Positions 10,317 through 18,639 of a stretch of 19,351 bases of DNA are shown here, piece after piece (the stretch's first letter is position 1; every line of letters begins with the position of its first letter). A program made the position numbers and the translations under genes. The notes beneath the pieces were generated by a model that made no database searches, had not been told where the DNA came from, and saw only the letters and a program-made list of their open reading frames with translations. The stretch is from Selaginella moellendorffii (taxonomy: Eukaryota; Plantae; Lycopodiophyta). The stretch lies in contig NW_003314403.1 in assembly GCF_000143415.4 (NCBI RefSeq), positions 308,311 through 327,661 on the forward strand, read 5' to 3'.

Positions 10317-10535
10317 ATGGGCTTAGAGAGAAGGAAGTTGTGATCGTCTGGGCGGTGGCGGTGGCGATGGTAGCAGCAGGAGCGCAGGGCGTGAAGCTAC
10401 TCTCAGCGAGGAATCCATTCCAGAGTGGAACAGCCTCGGATCTCGATCATGGCACTTACTGGAACAGCCTCAACTAAAAGCTGTCGACTGTGTCGCAGGA
10501 CTCGACAACACTGCTCCCACTTCCAGGTGTGATCC
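10317..10535 (+). pseudogene. DUF26/Gnk2 pseudogene (paralog of 5634-6047)
   Basis: Retains VAMVAAGAQGVKLLS and TYWNSLN followed by TAA. Early frameshift after the ATG, and most of the Cys core is deleted. Confidence 0.88.
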
Positions 10536-10786
10536 TGTGCGAGAGAGTGGAAAGAAAAAAGAAAGAGATCTTCCATAAAAGCTTGGAGGAGATGATCTTT
10601 AAGTTCCAGCGACCAAGTCGAGAAGAAATAAACATCCAATAAAGGTCCCCGTGATAAAAGTGGAGGACGATTAACCTCCAACCCACATCGCCAATTGGAA
10701 GCATCCAGGTCGTGGACCGCGCCAGGAAATGTGAAACAGAGCCCAGCGATGCTGCTTTCTCGGGCTGCCCGTCACCATCCGCCGCT

Positions 10787-13700
10787 ATGGCCGATGCCCA
10801 CCGCCACCACCACGAGGAGCGCCAGGAGGAGGACGAGGGTGGCGGCGGTGGCGATGAGCAAATCCTCCACTCGTCAAAGGGATGCTGCCGCTTCCTGCGA
10901 TCGCTCCGGGCGCTGGTGGTGGTCACGCTGGTGCTCCACTTGGGCATCTCCGCGCTGGGCACCGCAATGGCTGTGGTGTCGTCCTCCTCCAGCGGCTGCC
11001 CACGATCGCTGCTAGTGGCGGCGGCGCTGGTTGCTAGCGGCGCTTGCGCGCGAGTGGCTTGGGTGGTGGGCACTGGCTTGTGCCAGGCCGCCACCGCGGT
11101 TACCATGATCGCCGAGGAGCACGTCCCAGCTTCTCGGAGGAGGACGAGCGGCGCCACCAGCGCGGCGATCAGGATTGGGAGACGGGTAAGAAACAAGCAA
11201 TGTGGATTCTCATCTCTTTTTTGCTCTTGCTCGAGCACAGATTTGGTATCGAAGGTGGCTATGGTGGGGACGATTTGGTGTTCTTGTCACCTCCTTCCAA
11301 ACAGGAGGAGCTTGCTACTTGACCATCTTGGCTGTGAGGAACGGTCGTTCATCCTTTTGCTTTCCTGGTAAGGATCAAGCACTGTGTTCTTTGGATCTTC
11401 TCTTTGTTCTAGCTCTATAGGATCTTCTCCTTTGTTTTCTCTCTCGTGTCACAGGCCCTGACGCGGCGGCATTGTTGCGAGACACGCTTGTCATCCTTCC
11501 CATCGCTACATGGCTGCTCGTCTTGGCACAGTGTTGCGTTGGCTCGGACGTGCTCTCTTGGAGGTCGCTCTACGAGATGCAACACGAGGCATGGCGCGCT
11601 CACTACCGCGAGATTTTCGATCGCGGCATTCGAGAGCTGCTTTGCTGCCTTGGGCGATCGAGATATCTGTGAGTCGCGAAAGAAAAATCGCTTTTTTCTT
11701 GTGTGCTCATCCAGTACTTGTGAATGAATCTCCAGGACAACCATGGATGAAGACGAGGTTGATACGGTGGCAGCACTTTTAGGCGATCTTGTTGCATACC
11801 GTGCTGCCGGTGCAAGCCATCTCGAGTTTCTCGCTGGTAAAGATTCATGGATAGAACTTGCGAGCAAGCTTTTTTATCCTTCTTTGTTTCTACAGGTGTT
11901 GCTCTTCTGAGAACTCGCAAATCCAAGCCTCCAGTTCCGAAAGATCTCCCTCCGGCTCCCGGTCCTCTGGTCACAGAAGCTGCTCTTCTCCATCCATATG
12001 CCGTGGCTGCGTACACGGTTTGCGATTGTCAAAACAATGCTCTCAGCTTCAAAGAGTTCTCTTGCTGATCTTCCCAGGGACCATTGCTGGACATTGGACG
12101 CACACCGCTACTCTTTCCCTGTGCTTGGATGTACCGGCAAGGACTCCTCAGCTTATGGAACCGCAAAAGGTAGCTCGAGTTTTTTCTTTCATCTCCGAGA
12201 AACAGCTAACTAAGCTTTGGCTTGCAGGAGTCCGAGTGTCGACGGTGATAATTGGTGGCGAGGCCATGCGACTGCGTTCCTTCGTGCTGCTCGCCTCCCA
12301 GCCGAGGCGCTCTTGAAAGGAAGGATTCACCAGGTTTTGATGTTTGTAGCGTCACAAGTTTCCCGCGAACTGACTTGGTCACTCACTATTTCAGAGAAAC
12401 CGAGAGACAGTCTACTTCGTGATTGAGTTGAAGGAACTCAAGTTGGTTGTTGTCGCTGTTCGTGGGACTGAAACACCGGAGGATCTTCTCACAGATGGCC
12501 TGGGACGTGAATGCATCCTTGCCGACACTGATTTTCAAGGATTGTTCATGTACGTAGTGCTCTCGCTCTCATTCCCTACAAGTTTGATACTCTACGCAGG
12601 TCTGGTCATTTGTCTGACACAGCAAAGCTTGAAATCTCGTCGTCAAATCCTCACTATGGCCATGCCGGTGTGGTGGCGGCGGCCAGAGAGCTTGCCTTCG
12701 AGTTGGACAGCCCTGAAGATAATCCCGAGCTTTCAGGTTTGGAAAAAAAAAGGCTTGCTCTTTAAGTTCATTTCTTTAGCAGGTAGCTCTGGATCATCGA
12801 AAAAAACTGGTTTTTTGACTTCCATACTCGGTCCCGGTGGGAAGTGTGAAGGCTTTTCTTTGAGATTTACCGGACACTCTCTCGGTGGATCGATTGCTGC
12901 TATGGCGGGAATGATGGTACGTATGCATAAGTTTTTCCTCTCTTGTTTTTCAATCTCTTTCTCTTTTTCGAGCAGCTATGGCACCGCTTTCCAAACTTAC
13001 ACACTTACGGATATGGCGTTTCTTCCCTGTGTCGACGCTGTTATCGCAGAAGCGTGCTCACCATNNNNNNNNNNNNNNNNNNNNNNNNNNNNNNNNNNNN
13101 NNNNNNNNNNNNNNNNNNNNNNNNNNNNNNNNNNNNNNNNNNNNNNNNNNNNNNNNNNNNNNNNTAACAAGGTAGGCCGAAAGCTTCTTTCATCCTGCCC
13201 TGACCGTCCACCACCTTTTAGTGTTGTGTATAACGACGAGTTTGCATCGAGGATGTCCGTGGCTTCGCTAATGAGGCTCCGCGCGGCCTCGCTTCGAGCT
13301 CTAGCAGCGGACTCGGACACCTCCGAGTCGGCAGTGATAGCGAGAGTGGCCAGAAGGCTCTTCGGCTCATGGAGGCGAGGCAAAGCTTCCAATGGAGTGG
13401 CCACTGGCAAAACTTCCAATGGAGGAGCCACTAACGAAGACTCCAATCCAAGTCCCGGTGGAGCAACGCAGTACAAGCGTGGCAAATGCGGCCACAAGCT
13501 CAAAGGTGGAGCCTTTCTTTGCTACCATGCTTGTCACTGTGTCATGGGCATGCCCAAGGGCGCTCATGGCAGCTCGACCGTGGTAATGGGAAGGCCGGTT
13601 GTTTCCGCGGCCAATGGTAGTGTTAATGGTGACGGTGGTAAGCTAGAGGCGACCAGGGTGGTGTCCGGGGAGGTTACGGTTGAGGAGAACGGTTCTGACG

Positions 13701-14257
13701 GGATGGTTGCTTCCCTGGATGCAGGATCTCGAGATAAAAACTCCAAGACCCGAGATGCCCGAGATGTCCGAGGTGATGTCCGAGGTGACGAACTCGGCTC
13801 TAGTGGCGAGTTTCTCCGAGGTGTAGTGAGCGGTGAGCTGCTTAGCAATGGGATCCCGGGCCAAGGCGAGAATGGTCTCGTAGGATTCAAGCCGGGGTCA
13901 GACTTGCAAGAGATATGGCCAGTGGAGCTCGTGATGCCAGGCTTGGTCATTCATCTGGTGCGTGTTCCAGACGAGGCACCGGGCTCGTCTTGGTTTACGC
14001 GGAGGAGGAAGAAACAGCACCAAGCAATCCTGAGAGACCGAGATGATTTCCGGGACCTCGTGGTGTCTCCCTCAATGTTCCTGGATCATATGCCATGGAG
14101 GTAACGTCGCCAACCTTGGTTCTTTTCCGTTCTTTGTTGTTGAGTTTCTGTGCTTTGCAGGTGCCAGCGCGGGTTGAACGACGTTCTCAAGCAAGTTTGC
14201 ACTCGACCACTTCACGCGGACGCGGAATCACAAGGCATCCAAGTCGATGGTTTCTGA
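10787..14257 (+). CDS. Membrane-anchored lipase class 3 (diacylglycerol lipase-like), multi-exon
   Basis: N-terminal TM segments, IWYRRWLWW, GSDVLSWRSLY...AWRAHYREIFDRGIRELLCCLGR, VAVRGTETPEDLLTDGLGRE, nucleophile motif GHSLG (12872-12886), VVYNDEF.SRMS, MFLDHMPWR|CQRGL...F* (stop 14255-14257). One apparent +1 T near 13020, next to the gap at 13065-13164. Confidence 0.9.
13065..13164. other. Assembly gap (100 N) inside the lipase gene
   Basis: Run of N. Confidence 0.99.
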
Positions 14258-14266
14258 AGAAAACTT

Positions 14267-15129
14267 TCAGTTGAAAAGAGTGGAAATGACAAGCTCTTGC
14301 ATGAATTTGACTCGCAAGTTTGCTTCCTTCAGTTTGTCGCACTGCTCCTCCGGGGACAAAGCTGCAGCCTCCAGCCTGTGTTTGGAGAGGAAGATTAGAA
14401 CCAAGACAACCGCGAGGCAATGCCATACCCTTTGTGTGAAGATTGGCTTGCGTGCGAGCTATCAGAGAGCGTGGTGAGGAACGGATCCACTGTGTTACTG
14501 GGCGGTGGAGGCCTAACAACGCTTGCATATGGATCTCTCTAAGCTCCTTGGTGAGCAAAGCCAAAGTTGCGTTTGATGCTAGTGCTCCTGATCTTCGAAA
14601 ACGCCGCCGTCTCTGGATGTGGATGTGTAGTCAAGGAGAATTATCTGATTTTGTTCGTGTTTCAAAACGTTTGAAAGGATATCTTGGAAAGCTGACTGTG
14701 GTCTAGCATTATGTGGCCGGCCATGTCTTTCCAAACTAGATCGGACAGACCTGCAGCTAGATGAACTTAGCACATCGCTTGCAATAAACAAGAGAAAGAA
14801 AAGAAAATTCGAAGGAAACACAGGATAGCAGCACAGACCAACCGCACAGAAACTAAAGGCACTTACTGCAACCTTAGACTCATAGCAGTGCTCGTCTTCT
14901 AGTGCGAACAAAGGACAGCAACATCGTAATCTTCGTAGCAATAGGGACACGAGTACTCGGTATGCTTCGTCTGGATTATCTGGCGATGAAGAGAAAGAAA
15001 TGAGAAACCATTCCAGAGATTTAGATATCCCCCGTACCTGATTGCTGGCGCTTGGGAGTTGACGAGGAAGCAGAAGAGGAGGACGAAGTTCCGGTGATTG
15101 CCGTTACAAGCATCTCCATCGCCATCCAT
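14267..15129 (-). pseudogene. Di19: Drought-induced 19 (Di19) zinc-finger family pseudogene, 5 exons, several frameshifts
   Basis: EYSCPYCYEDYDVAVLCSH/LEDEHCYESKVA|VCPI../VWKDMAGHIMLDHSQLSK|IQRRRRFRR...LLTKELREIHMQALLG/...VDPFL..|LSPEEQCDKLKEANLRVKFMQELVISTLFN*. Slashes mark frameshifts. Confidence 0.88.
14619..14682 (-). other. U12-type (minor spliceosome) AT-AC intron, 64 nt
   Basis: 5' site ATATCCTTT at 14682, branch site TTCTCCTTGAC at 14640-14630 and terminal AC at 14620-14619. Removal joins ...QLSK to IQRRRR in frame. Confidence 0.9.
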
Positions 15130-15197
15130 GTCGCAAGTCTTCCTTGCCAGTGGTGGTAGCGTTGGTGGCACGACCAAGCGGCCCCGGTACTATAACG

Positions 15198-15305
15198 TGT
15201 TGGAACTAAGCTGAACATGCACACAACCAGGGCAGGTAGCTACCTGGCACCGGTGTAGGAGGTTCTGGGTTCAATCCCCGGCCTGTCCAGATCCATTTTC
15301 CAACA
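15198..15305. mobile_element. 108-bp element with TGTTGGAA...TTCCAACA termini and 5-bp TSD (TAACG); solo-LTR/TRIM-like or integrase-mobilised mini-element
   Basis: Perfect 8-bp terminal inverted repeats, TG..CA ends, and TAACG at both 15193-15197 and 15306-15310. Confidence 0.8.
15230..15289 (+). ncRNA. Shortened tRNA-like sequence (60 nt) inside the 108-bp element; putative Pol III unit
   Basis: Acceptor stem GGGCAGG/CCTGTCC plus discriminator A. T arm CTGGG-TTCAATC-CCCGG (B box) and A-box-like TAGCTACCTGG. D/anticodon region is about 12 nt short. CAA just upstream, TTTT at 15296-15299. Confidence 0.7.
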
Positions 15306-15546
15306 TAACGGCCCCGGGTGCTAAGAGGGGTCTGACAAAGCCTCCGCCACCACCACCACCTCTCCCCCGTCCCCTGGCTAGCACCTCCTCGACCGTCACT
15401 TGTGCTAACCTTGCGCTAGAACAATGCATGGAAAAAGGGCCCTGCTTTTCGTTCTCTCGCTTTCCCTGTGCCTTGCGCCTGGGCCTTGTGTGCTCGGTGA
15501 AGGAAGACGACGCACCACCCGGCCACCGTGGACGCCACGTGGCCGC

Positions 15547-15948
15547 CTAGTCGGGCCAGTTGAAAGAGATGCGTAGTAACTCCTTGGGCACACGTCCGAA
15601 TCCCTGGCTGATGCGTAGCATCGCCTCAAACTCGTCGCTGTCCTTCTTCAGGCCGGAAAGTTGCTGGAGCGCCCTCTCCATGAAGGCGTCGTAGCTCTCC
15701 AGCGATTGCTTGGACGAGTTGGAGGTACTGCTTCGGGGGGACGACCTCACCAGGCTGTGGAGTGAGGACGAGAGCTTTGGAGAGTGCACAAACGGCATCA
15801 TCTTCGTCCAAGGGTGGAGGAGCCGGAGGAGCCGAGGAAGTATCAACCTCCATAGCTTCTTCTGCTGGAACAGCCAAATCCATCTTGTCTGCACGCTCGG
15901 GCTCTGGATCTTGACCCGAGTTGCTAGCCTCGCCTGGAGCTCCAGAAT
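15547..15948 (-). pseudogene. Frameshifted terminal-exon-like ORF of unknown (possibly transposon accessory) protein
   Basis: Acceptor ttccctttgtag at 15949, then SGAPGEASNSGQDPEPERADKMDLAVPAEEAMEVD...KQYLQLV, a frameshift, then QSLESYDAFMERALQQLSGLKKDSDEFEAMLRISQGFGRVPKELLRISFNWPD*. Confidence 0.4.
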
Positions 15949-16145
15949 CTACAAAGGGAAAACCAAGCGGGAGTTATATCCTCGTCGTCGAGGACGAGTC
16001 GAGTCCTCTTACCGACGTGATTCGAGTTTCCATTGCATGGATCGTTACACATCCGCGTCAAAACGGCTTGTATGTCGTCACCAGTCTCGGCCTAGCGGAC
16101 CCATCTCATCAAACGAGGAAGAAAAACTTAGCTAGCTCGCTTAGC

Positions 16146-17351
16146 TAACAAACCTAAACATGTTTGTGTTCAACATCTTTGGCAGGTACCTGATTGTCAA
16201 CCGATGGCTGTTGCTTTCGTTTCCTCGGAGAATATGTTCATAACTGTAGTTTTATGTAAACAGAAGAGCTGGTGGACATAAAATGGTGAACAAAATACCT
16301 GAACAGGCGGGCCAACAGTTCTCTGGAGTTCGATCTGCTGTTATATGTTAAAAATAACGGTTGTGGACATAAAATGATAAATATAAAACCTCAACAGGCG
16401 GCTGATCGTCATCGATGGTCCCTGCCGGGCTGGCCTCAGGCAGCTCCTCATCTTCCTCGGTGTTAAAAATAAATCTTGTGAACATAAAACGGTAAACAAC
16501 AAACCTGAACTGGCAGCTGATGGTCATCGGTTCCTTGCTCAACAGTCGCTGCCCCTTCAGCTTCGGTCTGTTAAATGTTAAAAGTAAGACAAGCGCATAT
16601 AAAACTGTAAATGGAAAACCTCAACAGGCGGCTAGCCTGCTTCATCTTCCTTGGTCTGTAGTTACATGTTAAAAGTAAACATTGTAAACATAAAAAGGTA
16701 AATAGAGAACCTGAATGTGCCTACGGTTGAGAAGCTCTTGGGCCTGATGGCGGTCGCCCGACATTGGATTCTCGAACCCAGCAGCAGCCAGGAGCCGGCC
16801 AAGAGTAATCAGAGGGGGTGCAGGGGAGTCGTCGATGGTGACAACAGCTGGTACTTCTCTCTGAAAAATTTTTTATGAAAGAAGAAAAGAGAAAAGAAAA
16901 ACCTTCTTCCACTGTAACTTCTTTTGCTCAATTTCGCTTTCAGCCTTTTTTGGAAACTGATGTTAACTTCAAAAGAAAAAGAAACCAAAATAGAGAGCTT
17001 GCTTCTCTCTCCTAGCCCTCCGATCACGCTTGCAAGTCTCACTCACCCTCTAGTACTTGTCTATAAGTTTCTCGTACTCTGTAAAGGTTGCGCGAAACGA
17101 GCAAATCTCTCTGAATTCTTGGTTTGTCGTTATAGGTCCCGGTGAGCTCTGACCTCATCGCGCTAATCAGAACCTTCTTTGTCTTTGTCTTTCTCAAGAA
17201 ACTTCTCCGCATGCATATATTTTTTGTTCTTCGATGGTTGGTGGGATCAATGTTTCCTCCCTGCTCCTCACTTAAACAATGTCTGCAACACAAACAGCAC
17301 AACGTTAAACGTCCACACAGTAACTATAAAACTGATTTCATACCTCTTCTC
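16146..17351 (-). repeat. Left arm (1206 bp) of a long inverted repeat
   Basis: Reverse complement of 17383-18613. Begins taacaaacctaaaca and ends actgatttcatacctcttctc. Confidence 0.97.
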
Positions 17352-17382
17352 TGTTGTGGACCTTCAAGTTTAGTTTCCTCTT

Positions 17383-18613
17383 GAGAAGAGGTATGAAATC
17401 AGTTTTATGGTTACTATGTGGACGTTTAACGTTTTGTTGTTTGTGTTGCAAGTGACATTGTTTAAGCGAGGAGCAGGGAGGAAACATCAATCCCACCAAC
17501 CATCGAAGAACAAAAAATATATGCATGCAGAGAAGTTTCTCGAGAAAGAACAAGCAAAGACAAAGAAGGTTCTGATTAGCACAAGGAGGTCAGAGCTCAC
17601 CGGGATCTATAACGACAAATCAAGGATTCAGAGAGATTTGCTTGTTTTGTGCAACCTTTATGAGTACGAGAAACTTATAGACGAGTACTGGAGGGTGAGT
17701 GAGACTCGCAAGCTCGAGCAGAGGGCTAGGAGAGAGAAGCAGGTAAGCTCTCTATTTTGGTTTTTTTTCTTTTGAAGCTAACATCGGTTTCCAAAAAAGG
17801 CTGAAAGCGAAATTGAGCGAAAGAAGTTACAGCGGAAGAAGGTAGGTTTTTCTTTTCTCTTTTCTTCTTTTATAAAAAAAATTTCAGAGAGAAGTACCAG
17901 CTGTTGTCACCATCAACGACTCCCCTGCACCCCTTCTGATGACTCCTGGCTGGCTCCTGGCCACTGCTGGGTTCGAGAATCCAATGTCGGGCGACCGCCA
18001 TCAGGCCCAAGAGCTTCTCAACCGTAGGCACATTCAGGTTCTCTATTTACCTTTTTATGTTTACAATGTTTACTTTTAACATGTAACTGCAGACTGAGGA
18101 AGATGAAGCAGACCAGCCGCCTGTTGAGGTTTTCCATTTACAATTTTATATGAGCTTGTCTTACTTTTAACATTTAACAGACCGAAGCTGAAGGGGCAGC
18201 AACTGTTGAGCAAGGACCGATGACCATCAGCTGCCAGTTCAGGTTTGTTGTTTACCGTTTTATGTTCACAAGATTTAGTTTTAACATGTAACTGCAGACC
18301 GAGGAAGATGAGGAGCCGCCTGAGGCCAGCCCGGCAGGGACCATCGATGACGATCAGCCACCTGTTGAGGTTTTATATTTATTGTTTTATGTCCACAACC
18401 GTTATTTTTAACATATAACAGCAGATCGAACTCCGGAGAACTGTTGGCCCACCTGTTCAGGTATTTTGTTCACCATTCTATGTTCACCAGCTCTTCTGTT
18501 AACATGAAACTACAGTTATCAACATATTCTCCGAGGAAACGAAAGCAACAGCCATCGGTTGACAATCAGGTACCTGCCAAAGATGTTGAACACAAACGTG
18601 TTTAGGTTTGTTA
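17383..18613 (+). repeat. Right arm (1231 bp) of a long inverted repeat; 31-nt spacer at 17352-17382
   Basis: Begins gagaagaggtatgaaatcagt and ends tgtttaggtttgtta. Arms differ by scattered transitions and small indels. Confidence 0.97.
17455..18569 (+). pseudogene. 5'-truncated multi-exon gene of unknown product within the right arm (mirror copy on the - strand in the left arm)
   Basis: Phase-0 GT-AG introns separate exons ..17742, 17800-17841, 17888-18037, 18093-18128, 18181-18242, 18298-18369, 18425-18460 and 18516-18569. Exon lengths are multiples of 3 except one 62-nt exon (63 nt in the left arm). Confidence 0.7.
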
Positions 18614-18639
18614 TTTATTATTCTGACTGTTGACTCTTT

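Larger units (their letters stand above)
6518..10581. repeat. Segmental tandem duplication, copy 2 (HNH dead, aspartic protease intact, DUF26 dead)
   Basis: Colinear with 4183-6076. Longer because of a roughly 1.1-kb insertion and the intact protease. Confidence 0.9.

Noticed and set aside
13015-13030. Apparent +1 frameshift in the lipase (ggcgtttcttccc where YGVLPCVD needs one fewer T)
   Set aside because: Lies about 45 bp from an assembly gap in a short T run, and the rest of the gene looks intact. Most likely a contig-end error rather than pseudogenisation.
12419-14104. 561-aa continuous ORF in the track
   Set aside because: Artefact of reading through short introns and the N gap. The real product is the spliced lipase.
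15230-15289. Functional canonical tRNA gene
   Set aside because: About 12 nt too short, with no complete D arm and no credible U33/anticodon loop. Reported as tRNA-like instead.
15179-15385. Short imperfect repeats around the mini-element (cggccccgg-t-cta twice; ggtgcta...tagcacc; LTR-end-like ggggtctgaca)
   Set aside because: Could be remnants of an older host element but are too short and imperfect to define boundaries. No matching partner, PBS or TSD was found.
18038-18515. CRISPR-like array (similar 55-nt repeats with variable spacers)
   Set aside because: Eukaryotic context. The repeats are degenerate GT-AG introns, the spacers are related in-frame exons, and there are no cas genes.
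16146-18613. Mutator/Foldback transposon with long TIRs
   Set aside because: No TSD, no recognisable transposon termini, and the arms are intron-containing gene sequence cut mid-exon at the centre.
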